Origin: an uncultured Candidatus Binatia bacterium
GTDB lineage: Bacteria > Desulfobacterota > Binatia > Bin18
NCBI GenBank assembly: GCA_965200965.1
Contig: OZ241744.1
Span: 1,856,001 to 1,920,000 of the forward strand
Direction: 5' to 3'
Length of the DNA: 64,000 nt
Shown here: in pieces, positions 29,200 through 39,335 of the stretch
How positions within the stretch are numbered: the stretch's first letter is position 1
How the letters are laid out: every line of letters begins with the position of its first letter
Made by a program: the position numbers and the translations under genes
The notes under the pieces: model-generated
The model's input: only the letters and a program-made list of their open reading frames with translations
What the model was told of the DNA's origin: nothing
Database searches by the model: none

Positions 29200-30273
29200 T
29201 CAGCCGAGCTTGGCGCGGACAATGCGGCCCATCTCCCTGCAGCCGACGAGGCGGCATTCGGGCTGAGCAATGTCGGGCGTGCGGTAGCCGTCGGCCAGGG
29301 CCGCATCGACCGCGGCCTCAATCGCCGCCGCGGCCGCTTCGTGCCGAAACGACAGGCGCAGCATCAGGGCGGTGGACAGCAGGGCAGCAAGCGGGTTGGC
29401 TTTGTCTTGGCCGGCAATATCGGGCGCGGTACCGTGGATAGGCTCGTACAGCCCGCGTGTACCCTCGCCCAAGGAGGCCGAGGGCAGCAGGCCCATTGAG
29501 CCGGCGAGCATGGACGCCTCGTCGGTCAGAATATCGCCAAACATATTCTCCGCGGCAATTACATCAAAATCGCGCGGCCGGCGGATGAGGTGCATGGACA
29601 TGGCATCAATCAGGACATCCTCATATTCCACATCCGGGTAGTCCCTGGCCACCTCGTGGGCGACCTCCCGCCACATGCGCGAGGTGGCCATGATGTTCGC
29701 CTTGTCCACCGAGGTGACTTTCTTGCGGCGGCCGCGGGCCAGCTCGAACGAGGTCCGCATCAGGCGCGCAACCTCACCTTCGGTGTAGAAAATCGTGTCT
29801 ACGGCCTCGCGGCCGGCCGGCCCGGTCCGACGCGCGCTCGGCCGCCCGTAGTACACCCCGCCGGTCAGCTCACGCACAACGAGCAGGTCCACGCCGTCCA
29901 GCACATCGGGCTTGAGGGTTGAGGCGTGGGCCAGATGGCGGTTGGGCTGGAGGGGGCGCAGATTGGCGTACAGGCCAAGCTCTTTGCGCAACCCCAGAAT
30001 GGCCTGCTCAGGCCGGACCGAAGACTGCGGGTCGTCCCACTTGGGGCCGCCGACCGCGCCGAGCAGCACGGCATCACTGTTGCTTGCCAGCCGCAGCGCG
30101 GAGTCGGTCAGGGCCACGCCTTGGGCGTCAATGGAGCAGCCGCCGGCCAGGGCGTGTTCACAGTTCAGGCTCAGGCCAAAGCGTTGTTCAATGAGCTTGA
30201 GGGTTTCCAGGGCCTCGCCAATCACCTCAGGGCCGATGCCGTCGCCGGCAAAAACCACAATGTTATGGGCCAT
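29200..30273 (-). CDS. leuB: 3-isopropylmalate dehydrogenase
   Basis: GDGIGPEV, GAVGGPKWD, VRELTGG, VDKAN, NMFGDILTDEA, YEPIHGTAPDIAG. Confidence 0.97.
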   Translation of the reverse strand: MAHNIVVFAGDGIGPEVIGEALETLKLIEQRFGLSLNCEHALAGGCSIDAQGVALTDSALRLASNSDAVLLGAVGGPKWDDPQSSVRPEQAILGLRKELGLYANLRPLQPNRHLAHASTLKPDVLDGVDLLVVRELTGGVYYGRPSARRTGPAGREAVDTIFYTEGEVARLMRTSFELARGRRKKVTSVDKANIMATSRMWREVAHEVARDYPDVEYEDVLIDAMSMHLIRRPRDFDVIAAENMFGDILTDEASMLAGSMGLLPSASLGEGTRGLYEPIHGTAPDIAGQDKANPLAALLSTALMLRLSFRHEAAAAAIEAAVDAALADGYRTPDIAQPECRLVGCREMGRIVRAKLG

Positions 30274-30317
30274 GCTGTCTCCTTGTGTCTGGGTCGGACG
30301 CTGTGCCGACGGTCGGC

Positions 30318-31874
30318 TCAGGGGCCTTCGCGGCCGGCCGCGGTCTGATTCTGATAATAGCGCTCGCGGTGGGCCAGTTTGTTCAGAGCGTTAATAAAGG
30401 CCAGGGCGCTGGCCATGATGATATCGGTGTGGGCACCCTGCCCGTTGACCGAGGTGCCGTTCTCGCGGATCATGCATGACACCTCGCCCTGGGCGTCGGC
30501 CCCGCCGGTAATTGACTTGACGGTGTAGCGCTCGAGGCGGGGTTCGAGGCCGGCGATTTTAGTCACCGCCTTGAAACAGGCGTCAACCATGCCGTCGCCG
30601 GCAGCGCTATCGACAATCTCGTCTTCGCCCACCTTCATTTTGACGGTGGCGTGGGGCACGGCCATGCTCGACGAGGTGACGTTCAGATACAGCAGTTCAT
30701 ACTTGTCCGGCAGGCGAACGGTCTCCTCGGTGACAATCGAAATCAGGTCCTCATCGTAGACATTCTTTTTTTTGTCGGCCAGGGCTTTGAAACGCTCAAA
30801 GGCCTTGTTCATGTCAGTCCCGCTGTAGTCAATGCCCAGGGTCTTCAGCCGATCAACAAAGGCGTGGCGGCCCGAATGCTTGCCCAAAACCAGCGTGTTG
30901 CTGGCCAGACCAATGGTCCGGGGCTGCATAATCTCATAGGTCAGCGTGTTTTTCAGCACCCCGTCCTGGTGAATGCCGGCCTCGTGGGCAAAGGCGTTAG
31001 CCCCGACCACCGGCTTGTTGAGGGGAACCGCAATGCCCGTAATATGGGACAGCAGTTGGCTGGACGGATAGATCTGCTCGGTGACAACGCGGGTGGTGAC
31101 ATCCCCAAAAACATCCTGGCGCGTCTTGAGTGCCATCACCACCTCTTCCATTGAGGTATTGCCGGCCCGCTCGCCAATGCCGTTGATCGTGCATTCGACC
31201 TGGCGGGCACCGTGGGCAATGGCCGACAGCGAGTTGGCCACCGCCAGACCGAGGTCATTGTGGCAGTGGGCGCTCCACTTGACCGTGTGTCCGCCGGGTA
31301 CGTTCTCGCGCAGAAAGCCAAAGAGCTGCCCGTACTGCTCGGGCACCGCGTAGCCGGTGGTATCCGGCACGTTGACCGTGACCGCGCCGGCTTTGATGAC
31401 CTCGCCAAAAATCTCGACCAGATAATCGGGGTCGGTCCGGGACGCATCCTCGGCCGAGAACTCGACATAATCGAGATATTTCTTGGCGTAGCTGACCGCC
31501 CAGACCGAGGCGTCAATCGCCTCCTGGCGGCTCATCATCAGCTTGTGTGTGAGGTGGATATCCGAGGTGGCAATAAAGATATGGATACCAGGGTGTCTGG
31601 CACCTTCCACGGCCTGAATCGAACGCCGGATATCGTCTTCCTTGGTGCGCGACAGACTCAGCACAATTGGCGTTGGCATCAGTTCGGCCACTCGTCTGAC
31701 CGACTCGAAATCTCCCTCTGACGAAGCGGCAAAGCCGGCCTCAACCACATCGACGTTGAGTTTTTCGAGTTGCCGGGCGACCATGACCTTCTCTTCGATA
31801 TTCATGGTGGCCCCGGGCGACTGCTCGCCGTCGCGCAGGGTGGTGTCAAAAATCTGGACAATGTCGTGTTCCAT
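30318..31874 (-). CDS. leuA: 2-isopropylmalate synthase
   Basis: DTTLRDGEQSPG, HCHNDLGLAVAN, NGIGERAGN, HEAGIHQDG, LGKHSGRH. Confidence 0.97.
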   Translation of the reverse strand: MEHDIVQIFDTTLRDGEQSPGATMNIEEKVMVARQLEKLNVDVVEAGFAASSEGDFESVRRVAELMPTPIVLSLSRTKEDDIRRSIQAVEGARHPGIHIFIATSDIHLTHKLMMSRQEAIDASVWAVSYAKKYLDYVEFSAEDASRTDPDYLVEIFGEVIKAGAVTVNVPDTTGYAVPEQYGQLFGFLRENVPGGHTVKWSAHCHNDLGLAVANSLSAIAHGARQVECTINGIGERAGNTSMEEVVMALKTRQDVFGDVTTRVVTEQIYPSSQLLSHITGIAVPLNKPVVGANAFAHEAGIHQDGVLKNTLTYEIMQPRTIGLASNTLVLGKHSGRHAFVDRLKTLGIDYSGTDMNKAFERFKALADKKKNVYDEDLISIVTEETVRLPDKYELLYLNVTSSSMAVPHATVKMKVGEDEIVDSAAGDGMVDACFKAVTKIAGLEPRLERYTVKSITGGADAQGEVSCMIRENGTSVNGQGAHTDIIMASALAFINALNKLAHRERYYQNQTAAGREGP

Positions 31875-31895
31875 AGCGGTCCTCCTTGCCGTCAC

Positions 31896-31930
31896 AAAAA
31901 AAGGGCTGCGAGGTATCCCGCAGCCCTTTT
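31896..31930 (-). terminator. Intrinsic terminator in the leuA leader (putative attenuator)
   Basis: Minus strand AAAAGGGCTGCG-GGATACCT-CGCAGCCC-TTTTTTT about 20 nt upstream of the leuA start. Confidence 0.8.
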
Positions 31931-31981
31931 GCCAAGGGCCACAGGCTGAACCCGCCTGTGGCCCTCAAGAGTTCTTGTTCG

Positions 31982-32089
31982 TCAGGCGTGTCTCTTGGAG
32001 CCGGCAGGCGGGGCGCTAGGCAGCAGGCCCAGCAGTCGGCTACGCCCGAGTTCCTGTTCACCGCACGGCCCAAGAGTCACATTGTGCAT
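31982..32089 (-). promoter_or_regulatory. Putative leucine leader peptide (35 aa, LLGLL cluster)
   Basis: MHNVTLGPCGEQELGRSRLLGLLPSAPPAGSKRHA*, followed by a 12-bp hairpin (31935-31965) and the terminator. Confidence 0.55.
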
Positions 32090-32107
32090 AGTCACCCCCG
32101 GTAGCAC

Positions 32108-32968
32108 TCATACCGGACCTTCCTTGTCTGTGTCAAGCGTCTGGAGGGGCCGGACGTTATCAGGGTGGGGAGCAGAGGGCGTTTTTTTCAGCTTTGCCGC
32201 ACCAAGCCGGCCGAGCCGGACCAGCAGCCGGCCCGGCCCGGACAGAGCGTAACACCAGAAAATGCCGAACAGCATGAGGTGCGGCTGGGCAATCGTCACC
32301 TGGATGCCGATAATGGACAGCAACAGCAACCAGAAAGGCTGACGGTGGCTGAGCTTGAGTTCCTTGAAACTGTAGTAGCGGATATTGCTGACCATCAGCC
32401 CGGCCAGGACATAGACCAGCAGCAGCGGGGCCATATGCCTGGCAGTCCCCCCGCTGCCGCCCAGAAAATCGTCTAGCAGAACCGCGGTCGCTACCACCGC
32501 CGCGGCGGCGGGAATCGGCAGGCCAATGAAATTGGCCTTGTCCACGGACTCGGACTTGACATTGAACCGGGCCAGCCGTAGCGCCCCACAGGTGACATAC
32601 AGGGCCGCGGCCAGCCAGCCCCAGACCTGCCACGGCTCAAGCGCCCAGCAGTAGGCCAGGACGCCGGGTGCCACCCCGAAAGCGACCAAGTCGGCCAGCG
32701 AGTCGTACTCAACGCCGAATTTGCTCGAGGTCTTGGTCAGCCGGGCGATGCGCCCATCGAGCACGTCAAAGACCAAGGCGATCAGCACCGCGGTTGCAGC
32801 CAGCACATAGTTCTCGCCCAGCGTGGCGATAATGGCATAGAAGCCGCAGAACAGCCCGCCGGTGGTAAACAGGTTGGGCAGCAGATACACCCCTTTGCGC
32901 AGCGGCGGGCCCATTTTGCGCCGCCGCGGCAGGGCGCGGATCTTTGTCCGGGGGTCCCCGGGGGTCAT
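32108..32968 (-). CDS. pssA: CDP-diacylglycerol-serine O-phosphatidyltransferase
   Basis: LPNLFT, DVLDGRIAR, FGVEYDSLADLVAFGVAP, LRLARFN. Confidence 0.95.
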   Translation of the reverse strand: MTPGDPRTKIRALPRRRKMGPPLRKGVYLLPNLFTTGGLFCGFYAIIATLGENYVLAATAVLIALVFDVLDGRIARLTKTSSKFGVEYDSLADLVAFGVAPGVLAYCWALEPWQVWGWLAAALYVTCGALRLARFNVKSESVDKANFIGLPIPAAAAVVATAVLLDDFLGGSGGTARHMAPLLLVYVLAGLMVSNIRYYSFKELKLSHRQPFWLLLLSIIGIQVTIAQPHLMLFGIFWCYALSGPGRLLVRLGRLGAAKLKKTPSAPHPDNVRPLQTLDTDKEGPV

Positions 32969-33633
32969 GCCGTCTCGCTCCTCACCGTCTTGGCCAAGGC
33001 CGGGAGATAGGAGGCCAGAATCGTCTCGCCGGCCTTGACCCGCTGGCCGACCTCAACCCTGAGTTCGACCTGGGCCGGGCAGTACACATCGACCCGAGAG
33101 CCGAACATGATCATGCCATACCGTGCGCCCTGTTCCACCCGCTCGCCACCTCTCAGCCGACACACGATCCGGCGGGCCAGGACACCGGCAATCTGAACCA
33201 GGGCGATTCTGTTGCCCTGCTCGTCCTGGATGGTGACGACATTCTGCTCGTTGACCCGGCTCGCCGCCTCGGCAAAGGCCGGGCGGAATTTTCCGGACTG
33301 ATGGCGGACCGCCTCAATCTGACCGGACACCGACAGCCGATTCACATGCACATCAAGGGGCGACATGAAAATACCCACCCGGGTGGTCGGGGCCTGCAAA
33401 AAACGGGTATCGTGACACGGTTGTTCAATGGTCACGACCCGGCCGTCGGCCGGTGCCAGGATGAGGTGTCGGCCCTCGGGCGATGTGCGGTCCGGGTCAC
33501 GAAAGAAATAGGCCACAAACAGGCACAGGAAGAAGACGCCGAGGCTGGGGGTCTGAAAATTGAACAGGCCAAGGATGAGCGACATCGTGCCGAGGCCGAA
33601 TATCCAGGGATATCCCTGTGGTGCGAAGTGCAT
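32965..33633 (-). CDS. psd: Phosphatidylserine decarboxylase
   Basis: FFRDPDR, APADG, IFMSPLDVHVNR, QIAGVLARRI, FGSRVD. Confidence 0.95.
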   Translation of the reverse strand: MHFAPQGYPWIFGLGTMSLILGLFNFQTPSLGVFFLCLFVAYFFRDPDRTSPEGRHLILAPADGRVVTIEQPCHDTRFLQAPTTRVGIFMSPLDVHVNRLSVSGQIEAVRHQSGKFRPAFAEAASRVNEQNVVTIQDEQGNRIALVQIAGVLARRIVCRLRGGERVEQGARYGMIMFGSRVDVYCPAQVELRVEVGQRVKAGETILASYLPALAKTVRSETA

Positions 33634-33663
33634 GGGTGGGGCAGGGCGCTTCCCGCCGCACGC

Positions 33664-34680
33664 CTAATTGCGCGCCTTATCGACCAGACGGTTCTGCTGC
33701 ATCCACGGCATCATGCCCCGCAGATGGGCACCGACCACTTCGGATTGGTGGCCTTTGGCCGCCTCCCGCAGCGCGTTGAAGTTGGGCGAGCCGGCGCGGT
33801 GCTCGGCGATCCATTCGTCGGCAAATCTGCCGGACTGGATATCGGCCAGAATCGCCTTCATGGCCGCGCGCGTCTCTTCGCCGATGACCCGCTTGCCACG
33901 CGTCATGTCCCCGTATTCGGCGGTGTTGCTGACCGAGTAGCGCATATTGCCGATGCCGCCCTCGTAGACCAGATCGACGATCAGCTTCATCTCGTGTATG
34001 CACTCAAAGAAGGCCATCTCCGGGGCATAGCCGGCCTCGACCAGCGTCTCAAAACCGGCCCGCATGAGTTCGGTCACGCCGCCGCATAACACGGTCTGTT
34101 CGCCGAACAGGTCGGTCTCGGTCTCTTCTTTGAACGAGGTCTCCAGAATCGCCGCCCGGCCGCCGCCAATGGCCGAGGCGTAGGCCAGGGCAATATCTTT
34201 GGTCGTGCCCGACGGGTCCTGGGCAATGGCGATCAGGCAGGGCACGCCCTGGCCCTTTTCAAACTCGCTGCGCAGCAAATGGCCCGGCCCCTTGGGCGCG
34301 ACCATGAAGATGTTCACATCGGCCGGCGGAACAATTTTCTTGAAGTGGATGTTGAAGCCGTGAGCGCAGGCCAGGCAGCTGCCCGGCCGCAGCCCGGCTT
34401 TGATATCGGTCGCATACATTTCGCTGGCGACCTCATCCGGAGTCAGGATCATGATGATGTCGGCCTCTTTGGCCGCCTGGACAACTTCCTGGACCAGAAA
34501 ACCGGCGTTTTCGGCCTTGGACCACGAACCGCTGCCCGGCTTCAGAGCGATCCTGACATCCATGCCGCTGTCACGCAGATTGAGGGCGTGGGCGTGGCCC
34601 TGGCTGCCGTAGCCGACAATCGCGATGGTCTTGTCTTTGAGCAGGGCTGGGTCGGCGTCTCTATCGTAGTAGATGTTCAT
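33664..34680 (-). CDS. ilvC: Ketol-acid reductoisomerase
   Basis: [41 protein letters not shown]. Confidence 0.97.
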   Translation of the reverse strand: MNIYYDRDADPALLKDKTIAIVGYGSQGHAHALNLRDSGMDVRIALKPGSGSWSKAENAGFLVQEVVQAAKEADIIMILTPDEVASEMYATDIKAGLRPGSCLACAHGFNIHFKKIVPPADVNIFMVAPKGPGHLLRSEFEKGQGVPCLIAIAQDPSGTTKDIALAYASAIGGGRAAILETSFKEETETDLFGEQTVLCGGVTELMRAGFETLVEAGYAPEMAFFECIHEMKLIVDLVYEGGIGNMRYSVSNTAEYGDMTRGKRVIGEETRAAMKAILADIQSGRFADEWIAEHRAGSPNFNALREAAKGHQSEVVGAHLRGMMPWMQQNRLVDKARN

Positions 34681-35228
34681 GCTGCCTTCTCCTTGTGGAT
34701 TTTTCTCTTGCTGAGTTCAAGCGTCTCGCTCCCGTTTGCGGCCGATAGCACTTGCACGCCGCGCTGGATGGCAACCTTGCCGGTGCGGACCACTTCGCGG
34801 ACGCCGAGCGGTCTGAGCAGTTCCAGGATGGCCGCAATTTTGCCCTCATCGCCGGTCACTTCAATGACATAGGAGCGCGGACCCGCGTCAACGACCTTGG
34901 CCCGAAAGATATTGGCAATGTTGAGCACCTCGCCGCGCGCCGGCTCATCCGGGGCCACCTTGATGAGCGCCATCTCGCGCTCGACATGTGGGCTGTCCTG
35001 AAAATCGACCACCTTGATGACGCAGATCAACTTGTGGAGTTGCTTGGTGATCTGCTCAACAATCTGATCGTCGCCGTCAGTCACCAGGGTAATCCTGGAG
35101 ACGCTATCATCGGTCGTCTCGGCAACGCACAGACTGCTGATATTGAAGTTCCGGCCGCTGAACAGGCCGGCCACCCGGGCCAGGACACCGGCTTCGTTTT
35201 CGACAAGGATAGAGATAGTGTGGCGCAT
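34677..35228 (-). CDS. ilvN: Acetolactate synthase small (regulatory) subunit
   Basis: [52 protein letters not shown]. Confidence 0.95.
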   Translation of the reverse strand: MRHTISILVENEAGVLARVAGLFSGRNFNISSLCVAETTDDSVSRITLVTDGDDQIVEQITKQLHKLICVIKVVDFQDSPHVEREMALIKVAPDEPARGEVLNIANIFRAKVVDAGPRSYVIEVTGDEGKIAAILELLRPLGVREVVRTGKVAIQRGVQVLSAANGSETLELSKRKIHKEKAA

Positions 35229-35316
35229 GGAGTTTTCAGCGTGCGGGACGCCGCAAAAGTGAAGGGGGACTGTGGCCGCCCTCCTCGGACACAACTCAGG
35301 TGTAATAGGGACGCTT

Positions 35317-35550
35317 TCAGGCTGCGGTCCGTTGTCGATGGCGGGCCAGAATCTGCATGATGCGGTCTTTGCCAGCGAGTTTCTGTTTTTGAATGCGTTT
35401 CTCCTCAAGCTCCTCCTCGGCGGTCAGGTGGGACTGTTGGCGGAGCAACTCAAGGCGCTGCTTGAGTTGCTGGTGTTCTTCGTGGCATTGCCGCAACTCG
35501 GGATCGGTATCGATCAACGAGCGAATCAACTCTTCTTCTTTGACTTCCAT
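35317..35550 (-). CDS. DUF465/YdcH-family small coiled-coil protein
   Basis: EEHQQL..LTAEEELEEKRIQKQKLAGKDRI; GGAGGG RBS. Confidence 0.8.
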   Translation of the reverse strand: MEVKEEELIRSLIDTDPELRQCHEEHQQLKQRLELLRQQSHLTAEEELEEKRIQKQKLAGKDRIMQILARHRQRTAA

Positions 35551-35621
35551 GCTGACCCTCCTGCTTGGACAATGTTCCAACCGTAGTACAGGCGGACTTG
35601 GCTTGTCAATGTCACGCCCGG

Positions 35622-37697
35622 CTATTCTTCCTGGGTCCGCTTGGACTCCTGGATGATCTTGTCGGTCAGGTGGTGGGGAAGTTCTTCGTAGTGCGAAAAC
35701 GCCATCTCAAAAGTCCCCCGGCCGCTGGTCATTGAGCGCAGGTCGGGCGCGTAGGACAGAATCTCGGCCATTGGCACCGCGACCTGGATGATCTGACTGT
35801 TGCTCTTGGCGTCCACATTGTTCAGCCGGCCCCGGCGGCGGTTCAGGTCGCCCGTAATGTCGCCGGTATACTCTTCAGGGACGGTGATCTCCATTTGCAT
35901 GATCGGTTCCAGAATAACCGGCTTGGCCTTTTCGAGAGCGTTCTGGATGCCGATTGAGGCGGCGATCTGAAAGGCCATATCGGACGAGTCCACATCGTGG
36001 TAGGAACCGTCGTACAGCGTAACCCTGACATCGACGATGGGATAGTTGGCCAGAAAGCCTTTGGCCAGGGCACCAACCGCCCCTTTTTGAACCGACGGGA
36101 TATACTGGCGCGGGATCGCGCCACCGCGAATCTGATCGACAAACTCAAAGCCGGCCCCGCGCGGCAGGGGTTCGAGCTTGATCCAGGTGTCGCCAAACTG
36201 CCCGCGTCCGCCCGACTGTTTCTTCAGCCGGCCCTGGGCCTCGGCCGTCCCGCTGATGGTTTCGCGGTAGGGCACTTTGGGGGCTTTCAACTCGACCTCG
36301 ACCCCGTAGCGCCGCTTGAGCTTCTCCACCACGACCTCTATGTGGAGCTGGCCGGCACCGGAAATCAGAATATCGTTCGACTGGCTGTCGCGGCTGACTT
36401 TGAGGGCCATGTCTTCCTCGGCCAGGCGGTTGAGGGACGACAGAATCTTTTCTTCGTCGCCACGGGCTTTGAGACCCAGCGCAAAAGAGATCGAGGGGGA
36501 AAACTCCGGCATCGGCGGGAGTGCAACCGGCGCTTTCTCGTCGCACAGGGTATCCCCGGTGCGGGTCTCCTTGAGTTTGGCCACCGCAACCACCTCACCC
36601 GGCAGGGCCGAGGCCACTGGCTGTTGTTTTTTGCCGTCCAGCCGAAACAGCTGCCCGAGCCGCTCCCTGGCGTCGCGGCTCGAATTATACACCACCGAGT
36701 CACCGGCGAGTGTGCCCGAACACACCCGCATCAGCGACAAGCGGCCGGTCGGGGAGTCAAGCGTCTTGAACACCCGGGCCGAAAACGAAGCGGCCGGGTC
36801 GGGCAACCGCTCCTTGTCTTCCTGGCTTTTGGGGTGTTTGCCGACCGCCGCCGGCGTCCGCTCGGGCGAGGGCAGATAGTCAACCAGAGCGTTGAGCAAG
36901 GGCCGGACGCCGGCGCACAGGCCACCCGACACGCACAGCACCGGGAAGAGCTGGGCCGCGGCAACGGCCTTGCTCAAGCCGGCCTTGAGTTCGTCGGGGG
37001 CGATATCCTCACCTTCGAGGTAGCGGTTGAGCAAATCGTCGTCGAGTTCGGCAATTGCCTCAACGAGCTGTTCACGCCGGGTGTCGGCATCAGCCTGGAG
37101 ATCGTCGGGGATGTCGCCTTCTTCAACTGCCCCATTATCCCCGCTGAACATGAGCGCCTTCATCGTCAGCAGGTCTACCACGCCTCTGAAGTCGGCCCGG
37201 GAGCCGACCGGGATCTGGACCGGCACAAACTGGCCGTCGAGGGTATCGCGGAGTCCATCGAGAGCGGTATCGAGACCGCCCTCTTCACGGTCCATCCGCG
37301 ACAGACACACCACCCGCGGCAACTGTAACAGCTTGGCCCAGCCCCACACCCGTTCGCTCTCGACCTTGAACTGACCGGTCGGACTGGCCACAAACACCGC
37401 CCCGGTCATGGCTTCCATGGCGTAACGCGTATCGGACAGAAAATTGGCCAGACCAGGCGGATCAAGCAGGCAGATATCGTGGCGCTGCCAGCGTATGGAA
37501 TAGGAAGCGGTGGACAGCGAGGCTTTGCGTCGGACCTCCTCGGGTTCAAAATCAAACACCGAGTTGCCGTCATCAACCCGGCCCTGGCGGGTCGTGGCCC
37601 CCGCGGCGTACAGCAGTGCTTCGGCCAGGGTTGTTTTCCCCGCTCCCCCCTCAGCCAAGAGACCAATAGTACGAATACGGCGGATGTCATCAGCCAT
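35622..37697 (-). CDS. fusA: Elongation factor G-like protein (EF-G2 type, divergent G-domain)
   Basis: GKTTLAEALL, GQLHIE, PKVPYRETI, KKQSGGRGQFGD, DGSYHDVDSS, LRSMTSGRG; non-canonical G1/G3/G4. Confidence 0.9.
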   Translation of the reverse strand: MADDIRRIRTIGLLAEGGAGKTTLAEALLYAAGATTRQGRVDDGNSVFDFEPEEVRRKASLSTASYSIRWQRHDICLLDPPGLANFLSDTRYAMEAMTGAVFVASPTGQFKVESERVWGWAKLLQLPRVVCLSRMDREEGGLDTALDGLRDTLDGQFVPVQIPVGSRADFRGVVDLLTMKALMFSGDNGAVEEGDIPDDLQADADTRREQLVEAIAELDDDLLNRYLEGEDIAPDELKAGLSKAVAAAQLFPVLCVSGGLCAGVRPLLNALVDYLPSPERTPAAVGKHPKSQEDKERLPDPAASFSARVFKTLDSPTGRLSLMRVCSGTLAGDSVVYNSSRDARERLGQLFRLDGKKQQPVASALPGEVVAVAKLKETRTGDTLCDEKAPVALPPMPEFSPSISFALGLKARGDEEKILSSLNRLAEEDMALKVSRDSQSNDILISGAGQLHIEVVVEKLKRRYGVEVELKAPKVPYRETISGTAEAQGRLKKQSGGRGQFGDTWIKLEPLPRGAGFEFVDQIRGGAIPRQYIPSVQKGAVGALAKGFLANYPIVDVRVTLYDGSYHDVDSSDMAFQIAASIGIQNALEKAKPVILEPIMQMEITVPEEYTGDITGDLNRRRGRLNNVDAKSNSQIIQVAVPMAEILSYAPDLRSMTSGRGTFEMAFSHYEELPHHLTDKIIQESKRTQEE

Positions 37698-37747
37698 CGG
37701 AGCCCTCCTGTGTCTGGCAGGCGGGGCGGCGCACGGGTCGCCCCGGG

Positions 37748-38512
37748 TCAGTGATTGCGTTCATACAAAATGCGCAGCCCATCAAGGGTCAGGAACTCGT
37801 CTATTGCTTCGATGGTCGTTGACTCGCCGGCGATCAACTCGGCGAATCCCCCGGTGGCAATCACCCGGGCGCGGCCGGCGTTCTCTTTGCGAATCCGGTC
37901 TACCATGCCATCAATGAGCGCGGTATATCCATAACAAATGCCCGACTGGATTGCATGTACTGTGTTGCGGCCAACCGCTTTGGGGGGCTTGATCAACTCC
38001 ACCCGGTACAGCTTGGCCGTCCTGGTATACAGGGCTTCGAGCGAAATGCCGATACCAGGCACAATCGCTCCGCCGAGGTACTTGCCGTCGGCGGTCACAT
38101 AGTCAAACGTCGTTGCCGTGCCAAAATCCACCACAATTGTGGCCTCGCGATAGCGCTCATAGGCGGCCACGGCGTTCACAATCCGGTCGGCTCCGACCTC
38201 GCGCGGCACGTCATACAGGATCGGCATTCCGGTTTTGGTACCGGGCCCGATAACCAGCGGAGCGCGCTGAAAGAGAGAGTGGGTCAGGTCTTCGACAACC
38301 CGTATCATCGGCGGTACCACGCACGACACGGCAATGCCCTCAATCGCCCCAGAAGCGATGTCAGAGGCCGCAAAAAGGCTGCTCAGCACCACGCCGTACT
38401 CATCCGAGGTGCGGCCTGAATCGGTTGTCAGACGCCAATGGTGGCTCAGCCTTGTGTCCTGATAGAGGCCAAGCACGGTATGGGTATTGCCCACATCAAT
38501 CACGAGGATCAT
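37748..38512 (-). CDS. coaX: Type III pantothenate kinase
   Basis: IDVGNT, SCVVP, EVGADR, VDFGTATTFD, IATGG. Confidence 0.95.
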   Translation of the reverse strand: MILVIDVGNTHTVLGLYQDTRLSHHWRLTTDSGRTSDEYGVVLSSLFAASDIASGAIEGIAVSCVVPPMIRVVEDLTHSLFQRAPLVIGPGTKTGMPILYDVPREVGADRIVNAVAAYERYREATIVVDFGTATTFDYVTADGKYLGGAIVPGIGISLEALYTRTAKLYRVELIKPPKAVGRNTVHAIQSGICYGYTALIDGMVDRIRKENAGRARVIATGGFAELIAGESTTIEAIDEFLTLDGLRILYERNH

Positions 38513-39335
38513 GGTCTGTACCGCCCTTCCGATACCCGCCGAGCACACTCACCTCACCCACCAGAATCCGCCGCGGCGTCTCGCTTGTTCGCTCCCGCAC
38601 CAATAAGGCCCCATCGCTATCGAGGCCCAACACCGTGCCGAAGATCGCCTCGCCTTGGGCGGCCACGGCGATCTGTTGGCCGATCAGCGCCCCGGCATAC
38701 CGCTCCCAGTTCGCCCGCAGGGCCGGGAACCCTTTTTGTAACCAAAGAAGATAGGCGCGCTCAAGGTGGGTCAGCAGGCTGGCGGTGAACGCGGCACGCT
38801 CAACCGGCCGGCCAGCCAGCAACAACAGCGAGGAGGCTTTCTCTCGCAGCTCTTCGGGAAAGGCGTCTCGCCGGGCGTTGAGATTCACCCCAATGCCAAG
38901 AACAATGGCCTGCAAGCGATCTCCGCTGGTCTGCATCTCGGCCAGAATGCCGCAGACCTTTTTGCCCATGAGCAACACATCGTTGGGCCATTTGATGGCC
39001 GGCCGCAGGTCACCCAGCCCGGCAATCGTATCGGCCACCGCCACCGCGGCCACCAGATTGATCTGGGGAGCTAGGCCGACGGCAATACGGGGCCGAAGAA
39101 TGACAGAGCAGTACAGGTTCACCCCGGCCGGCGAGACCCAAGTGCGGCCCAGACGGCCCCGGCCGCCGGTCTGCGCATCGGCAACCACCACTGTCCCCTG
39201 GCCGGCCCCCTCGCCGGCCAGCCGCAGGGCGCAGGTATTGGTGGAGTCGAGCGTCTCAAAAAAATGGAGCGGTTTGCCAAGAAGACGTGTCTTGAGTTGG
39301 CTCCCGACGGCAACACTAAAGTCCCGGTCAGACAT
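38496..39335 (-). CDS. birA: Biotin-[acetyl-CoA-carboxylase] ligase (no N-terminal HTH)
   Basis: DSTN, QTGGRGRLGRTW, IKWPND, KVCGIL, GIGVN. Confidence 0.93.
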   Translation of the reverse strand: MSDRDFSVAVGSQLKTRLLGKPLHFFETLDSTNTCALRLAGEGAGQGTVVVADAQTGGRGRLGRTWVSPAGVNLYCSVILRPRIAVGLAPQINLVAAVAVADTIAGLGDLRPAIKWPNDVLLMGKKVCGILAEMQTSGDRLQAIVLGIGVNLNARRDAFPEELREKASSLLLLAGRPVERAAFTASLLTHLERAYLLWLQKGFPALRANWERYAGALIGQQIAVAAQGEAIFGTVLGLDSDGALLVRERTSETPRRILVGEVSVLGGYRKGGTDHDPRD

